Part shown: in pieces, positions 8,778 to 18,501 of the stretch
Position numbering within the stretch: the stretch's first letter is position 1
Layout of the letters: the number at the start of each line of letters is the position of its first letter
Assembly (NCBI GenBank): GCA_001595785.1
Contig: LSSJ01000035.1
Location: 4,558 to 68,557, forward strand
DNA from: Euryarchaeota archaeon SM23-78
GTDB taxonomy: Archaea > Nanobdellota > Nanobdellia > Woesearchaeales > SM23-78
DNA length: 64,000 nt
Direction: 5' to 3'
Made by a program: the position numbers and the translations under genes
Notes under the pieces: model-generated
Told to the model about the DNA's origin: nothing
Database searches by the model: none
Seen by the model: the letters and a program-made list of their open reading frames with translations, nothing else

Positions 8778-9905
8778 ATGATTCCTTACGGAAGACAAAC
8801 AATTGATGAGGAAGATGTGTCGGCAGTAGCAGAAGCTCTGAAAAGCGATTTCTTGACTACTGGACCCAAAGTTAAAGAATTTGAAAATAAGTTTGCTAAA
8901 TATGTTAAAGCAAGATATGCTGTTGCTGTTTCTAGTGGTACTGCTGCTCTTCATCTTGCTTGTCTTGCTGCTAATATCAAAACTGGTGATGAGGTAATAA
9001 CCACCCCCATGACTTTTGTAGCATCTGCTAATTGTGCTCTTTATAGTGGTGCGAAACCTGTATTTGTGGATATTAACGAGCATGGTTTGATTGATGAAAA
9101 CAAGATAGAAGAAAAAATAACACACAAAACCAAAATAATTATTCCTGTTAATTACGCTGGTCTTAGTTGTAATATGGAAAAAATCAGAGAAATTGCTGAT
9201 AATCATAATCTTATGATTATTGAAGATTCTTGTCATGCCTTTGGAGGAAAATATAAGAATTCTATGATTGGAAAATGTAAATACTCTGATATGTGTATCT
9301 TCAGTTTTTATCCCGTAAAGCACATAACAACAGGGGAAGGTGGTATGATCACAACTAATTCAAAAGGATTATATGAAAAACTGATTATGCTAAGAACGCA
9401 CGGAATAACAAAAAATCCTAAGAAATTTAATCAAGAACCAGATGGATCTTGGCACCAAGAAATGCATTTCTTAGGGTATAATTACAGGATAACAGATTTC
9501 CAATGTGTCCTAGGAATCTCTCAACTAAATAAAATTAATACATTTGTAAAGAAAAGAAGAGAACTTGCCAAGAACTATGATGAGGCTTTTAAAAATAATA
9601 AAGGTATTGAGATAATAAAAGAAAAAAAAGAACAATTCAATCCTTATCATCTTTACATTATAAAAGTGAAAGATAGTATTACTAGAAGAAGATTGTACGA
9701 TTATCTTCTAGAGAATAAGATTAAATGTCAGGTTCATTACATTCCTGTTTATTGGCATCCTTATTATCAGAAATTAGGTTACAAGAAGGGTACATGTCCT
9801 AAAGCAGAAGAATTTTATCAAAAGGTACTATCCATTCCAATATTTCCAACATTAAAAGTAAAAGAACAAAATTATGTTATCTCTAAAATAAGTAAGATAA
9901 TTTAA
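8778..9905 (+). CDS. pseC: DegT/DnrJ/EryC1-family sugar aminotransferase (PseC-like)
   Basis: I take the start at the ATG 1 nt after the pseB stop. The protein begins MIPYGRQTIDEEDVSAVAEALKSDFLTTGPKVKEFE and has the PLP-Lys region FYPVKHITTGEGG. Confidence 0.75.
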   Translation: MIPYGRQTIDEEDVSAVAEALKSDFLTTGPKVKEFENKFAKYVKARYAVAVSSGTAALHLACLAANIKTGDEVITTPMTFVASANCALYSGAKPVFVDINEHGLIDENKIEEKITHKTKIIIPVNYAGLSCNMEKIREIADNHNLMIIEDSCHAFGGKYKNSMIGKCKYSDMCIFSFYPVKHITTGEGGMITTNSKGLYEKLIMLRTHGITKNPKKFNQEPDGSWHQEMHFLGYNYRITDFQCVLGISQLNKINTFVKKRRELAKNYDEAFKNNKGIEIIKEKKEQFNPYHLYIIKVKDSITRRRLYDYLLENKIKCQVHYIPVYWHPYYQKLGYKKGTCPKAEEFYQKVLSIPIFPTLKVKEQNYVISKISKII

Positions 9906-10026
9906 ATGAAAAGATGTACTAACTGTGTTCAAATTGAAACACGTGGCGGGTAGACTTCAATGGGAGGTTTGTAATGCCTGTAGAACTGTCAACGCGGAAT
10001 TACCAAAGAACAGAAAAAATGTATAG
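9906..10026 (+). pseudogene. decayed 5' remnant of an N-acetyl-sugar amidotransferase (PseA/WbpG-type PP-loop enzyme)
   Basis: MKRCTNCVQIETRGG* is followed, in shifted frames, by VDFNG and EVCNACR. Together these reproduce the CxxC...F(D/N)..GVCNxC N-terminal zinc-ribbon signature, broken by stops and frameshifts. Confidence 0.4.
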
Positions 10027-10056
10027 GAATTATAAAAAAGTAAAAGGTGAATAAAT

Positions 10057-11562
10057 TTGGTGAGAGTTGAGAGTGAAAGAATATTCCTTAGAAAATTAAC
10101 TTCAAAGGACGCTACTCAGGAATACTGCAACTGGCTCAACGATCCTGTAGTAAACAGATACTTAGAGACCAGAAAGGCAACAATCCAGGACCTCAAAGAC
10201 TATATTAAAGAGAAAAATCATAGTAAGAAGTGTTTGTTCTTAGGAATATTTGACAAGAAAAAAAAGAAACACATAGGCAACCTTAAACTAGAACCTATTG
10301 ATACTAAGAAAAAAAGAGCTACTTTTAGCATAATGATTGGGGACAAGAATTATTGGGGAAAAGGTTTAGGAACAGAAGCTACTGAATTGATAGTTAAATA
10401 TGCATTTAGAAATCTTAATTTAAAAAGGGTTGATTTAGGAGTAATATCTAAAAATAAAAAAGCAATTAAGGTTTATAAGAAGGTTGGTTTTGAAGTTAAA
10501 AGGATAGAGAAGAAGAAACTTAAACATGGCTCTAAATTTTATGACAAAGTTATTATGGAGATAAGAAAGGAAGACTATAGAATTAAATTCTTGATTCTGG
10601 GCTGTGGCTCGATCGGAAGAAGGCATATCAAAAATTTACTTCAATTAGGTTATAAAGACGTAATTGGTTGTGATTCTAATGGACCCTTATTAGAAAGAAT
10701 TCAAAAGGAAATTAACATTAAAACTTCAAGAAATTTTATTGAAAGTCTAAAAAATGTTGATGCTGTTTTGATATGTACCCCGAATCATCTGCATACAAAA
10801 TTTGCAATAAAAGCTTTGAGTGAAAAAAAGCATGTTTTTATAGAAAAGCCTATTGCCCATAAATTGGATAATTTAGAGCAGCTTAAAAGATTTTCTGAAA
10901 AGAACAATCTGGTTGTTCAAGTTGGATGTAATTTAAGATTTCATCCAATTATAAGAAGAACTAAAGAAATTCTAGATAGGAATCAAATCGGAGAGATTTA
11001 CGGAGCAAGAATAGAATATGGTTCTTATCTGCCTGACTGGAGGCCTGGGCAGGATTACACTGAAAACTACGGTGCAAAGAAAAATATGGGTGGGGGCATC
11101 ATATTAGATGATATTCATGAGCTTGATTACACAGCCTGGTTCTTTGGTAAAATAAGATGGGTTTTTTGTTCAGCGAGTAAAATAAGTAATCTGAAAATTA
11201 ATACAGAAGATAATGCTGAAATTCTTTTAAAATCAAACAAGGGGTTTACTATAAACATTCATATGGATTATTTACAAAAACCATCTGTAAGAAAGTTCAA
11301 GATTATAGGGAGTAAGGGCATGATTAAAGGGGATGTCTTTAATAAAGAGTTAATAATTCTAAAAGATAATAAAAAGAATAAAATTCCAATTAAGAAAGAT
11401 TATGACTACAACCAAAGTTATGTGGATGAACTAAAACAATTCATAGATTGTATTGAAAATAATAAAAAACCTTTATGCGGCTATAATGAGGGAAGATATG
11501 CCTTAAAAATTGCTCTGAAAGCAAAAATTTCGGCAGTTAAAAAAGAGGTGGTTAGGTTATGA
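10057..11562 (+). CDS. fusion protein: GNAT N-acetyltransferase (PseH-like) + Gfo/Idh/MocA NAD(P) oxidoreductase
   Basis: Residues 1-172 are GNAT (RIFLRKLTSKDATQEYCNWLNDPVVNRYLE..YWGKGLGTEA). From about residue 175 there is a Rossmann motif, KFLILGCGSIGRRHIKNL. The start is TTG/GTG, 6-9 nt after AGGTGA. Confidence 0.7.
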   Translation: MVRVESERIFLRKLTSKDATQEYCNWLNDPVVNRYLETRKATIQDLKDYIKEKNHSKKCLFLGIFDKKKKKHIGNLKLEPIDTKKKRATFSIMIGDKNYWGKGLGTEATELIVKYAFRNLNLKRVDLGVISKNKKAIKVYKKVGFEVKRIEKKKLKHGSKFYDKVIMEIRKEDYRIKFLILGCGSIGRRHIKNLLQLGYKDVIGCDSNGPLLERIQKEINIKTSRNFIESLKNVDAVLICTPNHLHTKFAIKALSEKKHVFIEKPIAHKLDNLEQLKRFSEKNNLVVQVGCNLRFHPIIRRTKEILDRNQIGEIYGARIEYGSYLPDWRPGQDYTENYGAKKNMGGGIILDDIHELDYTAWFFGKIRWVFCSASKISNLKINTEDNAEILLKSNKGFTINIHMDYLQKPSVRKFKIIGSKGMIKGDVFNKELIILKDNKKNKIPIKKDYDYNQSYVDELKQFIDCIENNKKPLCGYNEGRYALKIALKAKISAVKKEVVRL

Positions 11563-12314
11563 TCCTAGCAATTGTTCAGGCAAGGATGAGTTCTAGGAGG
11601 CTTCCTGGGAAGATACTTAAAGAGATAAAGGGAAAACCTCTAATTTTTTATGTACTTAATCAGGTAAAAAAATCAAAATTAGTTGATAACATTGTTTTAG
11701 CAAGTACCAATAAAGAAAAAGATGCTCTCTTATTAGAAACTGTTAAGAGAGAAGGTTTTGAAACTTTTGCTGGAAGCGAAGATGATGTTTTAGATAGATA
11801 TTATAGAGCCGCAAAAAAATTCCGTGGTGATACCATAGTAAGGGTTACAGGTGACTGTCCTTTAATAGATCCAGAAATTATTGACAAGGTTATCCAGGGT
11901 TTTATTAGTTCTGATTGTGATTATGCAAGTAACATCCACCCTCCTTCTTTTCCAGACGGCCTTGATGTGGAAGTTTTCTCATTTAATGCTCTTAAGAAAG
12001 CGTGGGAAGAAGCAAAATTAAAATCTGAAAGAGAGCACGTAACCCCCTACATCTGGAAGAACAAAGATAAATTCAAAATTGTAAATTTTGTAAATGAAAA
12101 AAATCTTAATAAACTACGTTGGACTGTTGATGAAGAAGAGGATTTTATATTAATAACCAAGATAATAGAAAAACTTGAAGGTTCTGAGATTAATATGAAT
12201 AATGTTCTTGATATATTTAAGAGATACCCTGAGTTAAATGACATAAACAAAAAGTATAAAAGGAATGTTGGATATGCGAGATCTTTAAAAGGGGATTTAA
12301 ATGAAAGCACTTAA
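11559..12314 (+). CDS. SpsF/FlmC-type cytidylyltransferase (CMP-sugar-acid synthetase family)
   Basis: ILAIVQARMSSRRLPGKILKEIKGKPLI..GSEDDVLDRYY..RVTGDCPLIDPEIID. Confidence 0.7.
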   Translation: MILAIVQARMSSRRLPGKILKEIKGKPLIFYVLNQVKKSKLVDNIVLASTNKEKDALLLETVKREGFETFAGSEDDVLDRYYRAAKKFRGDTIVRVTGDCPLIDPEIIDKVIQGFISSDCDYASNIHPPSFPDGLDVEVFSFNALKKAWEEAKLKSEREHVTPYIWKNKDKFKIVNFVNEKNLNKLRWTVDEEEDFILITKIIEKLEGSEINMNNVLDIFKRYPELNDINKKYKRNVGYARSLKGDLNEST

Positions 12315-13599
12315 TACTAACTTCAGAAAGAGTAAATTGTTGCTAAAAAGAGCGAAAAGCATAATTCCCTCGGCAGCACAAACATACAGTAAGAGTTATA
12401 AGTATTTTTGTGAAGGTGCCGCTCCCGCATTTTTAGACTATGGGAAAGGAGGTCATGTATGGGATGTTGACGGCAATGAGTATATTGATTTTGTATGTGC
12501 TCTAGGGCCCGTAACTGTAGGTTATAACGATGAAAGAGTTAACAAAGCCATTATATCTGAGCTTAGGAAAGGACTTTCTTTTACTTTACCAACTGAATTA
12601 GAAATAAAACTTGCAGAAAAACTAATTCAAATAAATCCTTGTGCAGAAATGGTCAAATTTGTTAAAAACGGTTCTGATGCTACTTCAGCAGCTGTAAGAC
12701 TGGCAAGAGCTTACACAAACAGGGAGCTGGTGGCTTGTTGTGGTTATCATGGCTTTCAGGATTGGTATATAGGGTCAACAGAAAATAATTTTGGTGTTCC
12801 TCAAGCTGTTCAAAAATTGACAAAAACTTTTCATTATAACGATATCAAGTCCTTGAAAAAAATATTTGAAAATAATAAGAACAAGATTGCTGCGATTATT
12901 TTGGAACCTTGCCAGAATAATGGTCCAGAGAATAATTTCTTAGAAAATGTAAAAGAGATAACCCATAAAAATGGGGCTGTTCTTATTTTTGATGAAGTTA
13001 TTTCTGGTTTCAGACTGGCTTTGGGAGGAGCCCAAGAGTACTACAAGGTAACACCAGATTTAGCTTCTCTTGGTAAAGGCATGGGAAATGGAGCTTCAAT
13101 ATCCGCAATTGTAGGAAGAAGAGAGATTATGAAGTTGATAGATAAAGGCACTTTTATTTCTACTACTTTTGGAGGAGAAACCTCTGCTTTAGTTGCAGCT
13201 TTGGCTACAATAAAAATATTAGAAAAAAAAAGCTCGTTTAAGCATATATGGAAATTAGGCAACAAATGGAAGAAAGAAATCCAAAAGTTAATTGATAATA
13301 AAAACTTAAACAATGTTGTTGAAGTTGTTGGCTTAGCACCCCATTGTGGTGTGGTATTCAAAGATAAGAGGAACTTATCAAAATTAGATTTGTTTTCAGT
13401 GTACCAACAAACCTTAATTGAGAGAGGAATTTTAAGTATTGGGATAAACAATTTTTGTCTTTCTCATACACAAAAAGATGTAAATACTTTTATTAAAGCT
13501 GCAGATTTAGCTCTTGAAAAGGTTAAGGAAGCCATTAAGGCGAATAGTGTTAAAGGTATCTTAAAAGGAGGTAAATTCCGTCCTGTATTTAGAAGATGA
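12301..13599 (+). CDS. class-III aminotransferase (glutamate-1-semialdehyde aminomutase-like)
   Basis: GSDATSAAVRLARAYT..FDEVISGFRLALGGAQEYYKVTPDLASLGKGMGNG, which includes the PLP lysine. Confidence 0.7.
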   Translation: MKALNTNFRKSKLLLKRAKSIIPSAAQTYSKSYKYFCEGAAPAFLDYGKGGHVWDVDGNEYIDFVCALGPVTVGYNDERVNKAIISELRKGLSFTLPTELEIKLAEKLIQINPCAEMVKFVKNGSDATSAAVRLARAYTNRELVACCGYHGFQDWYIGSTENNFGVPQAVQKLTKTFHYNDIKSLKKIFENNKNKIAAIILEPCQNNGPENNFLENVKEITHKNGAVLIFDEVISGFRLALGGAQEYYKVTPDLASLGKGMGNGASISAIVGRREIMKLIDKGTFISTTFGGETSALVAALATIKILEKKSSFKHIWKLGNKWKKEIQKLIDNKNLNNVVEVVGLAPHCGVVFKDKRNLSKLDLFSVYQQTLIERGILSIGINNFCLSHTQKDVNTFIKAADLALEKVKEAIKANSVKGILKGGKFRPVFRR

Positions 13600-14684
13600 A
13601 AAACTCAAAAAGAAACATAATCAAAATCGGAAATAGAATAATCGGAAACAATCACCCCTGTTTCATAATAGCTGAAGCAGGAGCAAACTGGAAATACTGT
13701 GATGATATGAAAAAGAATTTTAAACATGCCTTACGCTTGATTGATATTGCAGCTAAAGCCAAGGCAGATTGTGTTAAGTTCCAAATTTATAGAGCAAGTA
13801 GAATGTACAATGAGATGAAGTCAGGTTACATTAAATACCTAGGAAAAAAAGAAAAAGTGTTTCAAACAATAAAAAAACTAGAGGTGCCTTACGACTGGCT
13901 TTCAAAATTAAAAAAATACTGTGATAATAGAGGCATACTATTTTTAGCAACACCTTTTGATGAAGAATCTGCCGATGAGTTAGATAGGGTTGGTGTGAAA
14001 GCTTTTAAAATAGCTTCTTACACAATAACACACATCCCCTTATTGAGGCATATTGCAAAAAAAAAGAAACCAATAATTCTATCTACAGGGGGCTCTAATG
14101 AAAAAGAGGTAGAAGAAGCGATAAAGGCAGTCAGAGCTGCTGGCAATAACGAGATAATATTAATGCAATGTACTGCAAGTTATCCTGCACCTCTTGAAAG
14201 CATAAATCTCAGAGTAATACCTGCATTGAAGAATAGATTTAAGATTCCTGTTGGCTTATCAGACCACTCACGAGAACCTTTTATAGCGCCTCTTGGTGCT
14301 GTTGCATTAGGTGCCAATGCTTATGAGGTTCACTACACTACAGATAATAAACTAGAAGGCCCTGACCATGGTTTTGCTATTCTTCCTCATGAGTTAGAGC
14401 AGGTTGTTAAGAGCATAAGGGGCATGGAAAAGGCTTTGGGAAGCGGATTAAAAGTCATGCAAAAACAAGAGGCACTTACAACCAGCTTTTGTAGGAGAAG
14501 TATCTATGTTAAGAGAGACATAAAAAAAGGTAAAAAATTAACTAAAGAAAATATTCACATTGTGAGGCATGGTGAGGATAGAGGAGGTCTGTTACCCAAG
14601 TATTTTGATGAAATTCTTGGAAAAAAAGCAAGAAGAAATTTAAAAAAAGATGAGGCATTACAATTTAAAGATGTGGAATTATAA
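13596..14684 (+). CDS. nonulosonic acid synthase, NeuB/PseI/SpsE family (copy 1)
   Basis: IIGNNHPCFIIAEAGANW..ADCVKFQ..LSDHS, plus a C-terminal SAF-like domain. Confidence 0.8.
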   Translation: MKNSKRNIIKIGNRIIGNNHPCFIIAEAGANWKYCDDMKKNFKHALRLIDIAAKAKADCVKFQIYRASRMYNEMKSGYIKYLGKKEKVFQTIKKLEVPYDWLSKLKKYCDNRGILFLATPFDEESADELDRVGVKAFKIASYTITHIPLLRHIAKKKKPIILSTGGSNEKEVEEAIKAVRAAGNNEIILMQCTASYPAPLESINLRVIPALKNRFKIPVGLSDHSREPFIAPLGAVALGANAYEVHYTTDNKLEGPDHGFAILPHELEQVVKSIRGMEKALGSGLKVMQKQEALTTSFCRRSIYVKRDIKKGKKLTKENIHIVRHGEDRGGLLPKYFDEILGKKARRNLKKDEALQFKDVEL

Positions 14685-15258
14685 AAATGAAAAAAAATAT
14701 TCTGTCGTTTGTCTCTTTGCAAGAGAGTTAGGTTTTCATACATTGAAAGATACAATTGAAGATAATTTTTTTGAAGTAAAAGCTGTAATAACTCATTATT
14801 ATGAGCCAAATCTTAAAACCAAGAGAAAATTATTTGACAAATATGTTACTTTCTGTGAAGAAAAATCAATACCTTTGGTGGTTGTGAATAAGAACCAGAG
14901 CAACCTTAGAATTTTGAAGGAAATAAAATTTGATTTTTTGATAGCTAATTGTTATAAGTACATAATTCCAGATGAATTTTTGGATTTGGCTAAGATTGGA
15001 AGTTATAACATGCACAGATCATTATTGCCCAAATATAAAGGCTTAAAACCAATTAAAAAAGCTTTAGAGAATAAAGAAAAAGAGACAGGAACCACCTTTC
15101 ATAGAATGACAGGAGTTGTTGATTCTGGAGAAATAATTGACCAATATAAAGTACCTATTGAAAGAGGAGATACTGAAAAAGAAATCTTTGAAAAATTATA
15201 CCCCACCCAATATGTTTTAATGAAAAGAGCATTGTTAAAAATAATAAAAGGAAAATGA
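14650..15258 (+). CDS. formyltransferase (Fmt/PurN N-terminal catalytic domain family)
   Basis: Signature NMHRSLLPKYKGLKPIKKAL..TGTTFHRM. The start is uncertain (14650 or 14671). Confidence 0.65.
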   Translation: MRHYNLKMWNYKNEKKYSVVCLFARELGFHTLKDTIEDNFFEVKAVITHYYEPNLKTKRKLFDKYVTFCEEKSIPLVVVNKNQSNLRILKEIKFDFLIANCYKYIIPDEFLDLAKIGSYNMHRSLLPKYKGLKPIKKALENKEKETGTTFHRMTGVVDSGEIIDQYKVPIERGDTEKEIFEKLYPTQYVLMKRALLKIIKGK

Positions 15259-15956
15259 AAAATAATTACTTAGTTGCCACCGTTAAATCATGGAACATTA
15301 AGAACTTCTATAAATTAAAAAAGGAAGATAAAAAAAATAATTGGTATATAATAACTGATAAAAAGGACCTTAATTATGAAAAAATAAATAAAATAAACCC
15401 GGAATATATCTTCTTTCCACATTGGTCTTGGATAATCCCTGAAGAGATTTATAACAACTTTAAATGTATAGTCTTTCACATGACTGATTTACCTTTTGGG
15501 AGAGGGGGAAGTCCTCTTCAGAACCTAATTTCAAGGGGAATCTACAAGACTAAGGTTTGTGCTATAAAAGTTGTTAAAGAGTTGGATGCCGGAGATATAT
15601 ATCTAAAAAAAAATCTTAATCTTAAAGATGGCAGTGCAAAGGAAATATTTAAGAAAGCTTCAGACATAACCTTTTCAATGATTAAAGAGACTATAGAAAA
15701 AAATCCGATTCTCAAAAAGCAAGAGGGTAAAGTTGTGAAATTTAAGAGAAGAACACCTGACGAAAGCAGGATTCCGGAAGAGAGGGATCTCAGGAAGATA
15801 TATGATTGGATTAGAATGCTTGATGCAGAAGGATATCCCCCCGCATTTATTGAAACAAAAGAATTAACTTTAGAGTTTAATAAAGCCAAGTTTAAAGAAG
15901 GATATGTTAAAGCAAATGTAAAAATAAAGAAGAGAGCTGATAAAGATGAAAAATAG
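15255..15956 (+). CDS. formyltransferase-like protein (second Formyl_trans_N paralog)
   Basis: CIVFHMTDLPFGRGGSPLQNLISRG..ELDAGDIY. Confidence 0.55.
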   Translation: MKNNYLVATVKSWNIKNFYKLKKEDKKNNWYIITDKKDLNYEKINKINPEYIFFPHWSWIIPEEIYNNFKCIVFHMTDLPFGRGGSPLQNLISRGIYKTKVCAIKVVKELDAGDIYLKKNLNLKDGSAKEIFKKASDITFSMIKETIEKNPILKKQEGKVVKFKRRTPDESRIPEERDLRKIYDWIRMLDAEGYPPAFIETKELTLEFNKAKFKEGYVKANVKIKKRADKDEK

Positions 15957-16623
15957 GATACTGGTTGTAAGCGCACACCCAGATGATGAAGTGCTGGGTG
16001 TTGGAGGAACAATAAGAAAAAAAGTGAATCAGGGTAACGAAGCATATTGTATAATAGCAGCTGAAGGCATAACAAGCAGAAATACCAAAGAGAGTGCAAA
16101 AGAATTAAAAAAATTACATGAACAAACATTAAAGGCCTCAAAAATAATAGGCTATAAGAAAGTTTTTTTCCTTAACCTACCAGATAACAGGATGGATTCT
16201 ATAAATTTGCTTGATATCATAAAAAAGATTGAAGAAATAATAGAAAAGATAAAACCGCAAATAGTATATACACATGATTTGAGTGATCTCAACATTGATC
16301 ATAGAATCTGTTTCAAAGCTGTAATGGTTGCAACTCGACCAACAAATGGATGTTGCGTCAATGAGATATACACTTTTGAAACATTATCATCCACAGAATG
16401 GCAAGCAAAAACAAATAAAATATTCCAACCAAACACATACGAGGATATATCAAACGAGATTGAATCTAAAATAAATGCACTTAAAGAATACAAAGGAGAA
16501 ATAAGAAATTACCCACATCCAAGATCAGAGAGAGGTGTCAGAATCCTGGCTAAATACAGAGGCCTTGAATCTGGATTAGAAAATGCAGAAGCTTTCTGTC
16601 TTATAAGAAGGATTATAAAATGA
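15946..16623 (+). CDS. PIG-L/LmbE-family de-N-acetylase
   Basis: ILVVSAHPDDEVLGVGGTI motif. Confidence 0.75.
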   Translation: MKNRILVVSAHPDDEVLGVGGTIRKKVNQGNEAYCIIAAEGITSRNTKESAKELKKLHEQTLKASKIIGYKKVFFLNLPDNRMDSINLLDIIKKIEEIIEKIKPQIVYTHDLSDLNIDHRICFKAVMVATRPTNGCCVNEIYTFETLSSTEWQAKTNKIFQPNTYEDISNEIESKINALKEYKGEIRNYPHPRSERGVRILAKYRGLESGLENAEAFCLIRRIIK

Positions 16624-17831
16624 TCAAAGTAGCTGAATTAATAAAAAAAGAAAAAAATAGGCTTCAGAGAGGCCTAGAACTTATTCCCTCTGAGAACTAT
16701 GTAAGCAAGGATGTCCTGAAAGCCTTAGGCTCTATTTTAACCAACAAATATTCCGAGGGTTATCCGAAGAAAAGATATTATGGTGGCAATGAATTTATTG
16801 ATCAAATAGAGGAACTTGCTATTGAACGTGCAAAAAAACTTTTTAATGTAGAGCACGTTAATGTTCAACCTTATTCTGGCTCACCTGCCAACCTTGAGGT
16901 TTATTACGCCTTTCTTAACATAGGTGATAAAGTAGTTGGAATGAACCTCGCTCACGGAGGACACCTCTCACACGGACATTCTGTTAGTTTCTCTGGTAAA
17001 AACTATGATTTTGTTCATTATGGCGTTAACCAAGAGACAGAACTACTTGATTATGATGAAATTAGAAAACTTGCTCTTAGAGAAAAGCCCAAACTAATAA
17101 TTTCAGGAGCTACTGCCTATTCTAGGATAATTGATTTCGAAAAGTTCCAAAATATTGCTGAGGAAGTCGGAGCTATCCATGTAGCTGATATTTCCCATAT
17201 TGCAGGTTTAATTGCAGCAGGAGTTCATCCTTCTCCTTTTCCCTTTACAGATGTTGTAACAACCACTACTCACAAAACCTTGAAAGGACCTAGAGGGGCA
17301 ATGATTATGTGCAAGGAAAAATATGCTCAGCAAATTGACAGGGCTGTTTTCCCAGGTATGCAGGGAGGTCCTCATAATCATACAATAGCTGCAATCGCAG
17401 TATGCCTTGGAGAAGCTCTGAGACCTGAATTTAAAGCTTATGCAAAACAGGTTGTAAAGAATGCAAAGGCTCTTGCTAATGAACTTAAAAAACAGGGATT
17501 AAGGCTTGTAAGCGGTGGCACTGATAATCACTTAATACTGATAGATCTGACCGGTGAGGAGTGTGTAGGTAAAGAAGCAGAAGCAGCCCTTGATGAGGTC
17601 AATATTACTGTTAATAAGAATATGATTCCATTTGATAAAAGAACTCCTTTTAATCCAAGCGGTATCAGAATAGGAACCCCTGCAATAACAGCAAGAGGCA
17701 TGAAAGAGCCTGAGATGAAAGTAATAGGGCAGATGATTACAAGAGTTGTAAGGAATTATAAAGACAAAATGATTAAGGATGAAGTCAGACAACAGGTTCT
17801 TGAACTATGCAAAAAGTTTCCTCTTCACTAA
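16620..17831 (+). CDS. glyA: serine hydroxymethyltransferase
   Basis: LELIPSENYVSKDVLKALGSILTNKYSEGYPKKRYYGG..TTTTHKTLKGPRG. Confidence 0.9.
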   Translation: MIKVAELIKKEKNRLQRGLELIPSENYVSKDVLKALGSILTNKYSEGYPKKRYYGGNEFIDQIEELAIERAKKLFNVEHVNVQPYSGSPANLEVYYAFLNIGDKVVGMNLAHGGHLSHGHSVSFSGKNYDFVHYGVNQETELLDYDEIRKLALREKPKLIISGATAYSRIIDFEKFQNIAEEVGAIHVADISHIAGLIAAGVHPSPFPFTDVVTTTTHKTLKGPRGAMIMCKEKYAQQIDRAVFPGMQGGPHNHTIAAIAVCLGEALRPEFKAYAKQVVKNAKALANELKKQGLRLVSGGTDNHLILIDLTGEECVGKEAEAALDEVNITVNKNMIPFDKRTPFNPSGIRIGTPAITARGMKEPEMKVIGQMITRVVRNYKDKMIKDEVRQQVLELCKKFPLH

Positions 17832-17855
17832 TTCAAAAAGTCAATTGATATCAAA

Positions 17856-18404
17856 ATGAATGAAACAGTTAATAGAGGATCTCTTTATTTTGAGAAAAAG
17901 AAAATAAAATGGGTGTTATTGGTACTTCTAGTTTCAATAGGGGCCTTTCTGGTATCAAAAAGCTTTTTTTTTATTAGCTTATTTTTGTTAATTAGCATCT
18001 TCTTTTATATGTTAATAAGCCGGTTGAGATTTTCAGTGGGCTTGGAATTTGTTACTATTAGCACTATTTTAATTGGTGCAGCTTATGGACCATTCGCAGG
18101 CATATTAATGGGCGTAGTTGGGAGACTGATTGAAGCTTTTTCAACAAGAAGGTTATTTTCATTACCTGTGACCCTACCTTTATACGCACTGCTTGGTTAT
18201 TTTGCAGGAGTTTATGCAGGAACAAACATAGTTTTGTTTGGTATTGTCTTAAGTGTTCTTTATGCAATAGCCTCTGGGGTACTTACTTTCTTATTATTAG
18301 GTGGACGTCTTAGAAAAGTAATGACCTTTCTTATCATTGAAGTCATTATTAATGTATTATTCTTTATAAATATCGCCCCATTTATGTTGAATGTTATGAA
18401 GTAG
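17856..18404 (+). CDS. small polytopic membrane protein (possible vitamin/ECF-S-component-like transporter)
   Basis: 182 aa with about 5 hydrophobic helices and a G-rich helix, GAAYGPFAGILMGVVG. It sits between glyA and the folD fusion. The functional guess is inference only. Confidence 0.35.
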   Translation: MNETVNRGSLYFEKKKIKWVLLVLLVSIGAFLVSKSFFFISLFLLISIFFYMLISRLRFSVGLEFVTISTILIGAAYGPFAGILMGVVGRLIEAFSTRRLFSLPVTLPLYALLGYFAGVYAGTNIVLFGIVLSVLYAIASGVLTFLLLGGRLRKVMTFLIIEVIINVLFFINIAPFMLNVMK

Positions 18405-18501
18405 AATCCGAATATATATAATATAAAGATTACCTATAGAGGTGAATTCCATAAACCTCATAAATACTTATGATTAATAATCAATAAGAAAAAATCCAAA
18501 A

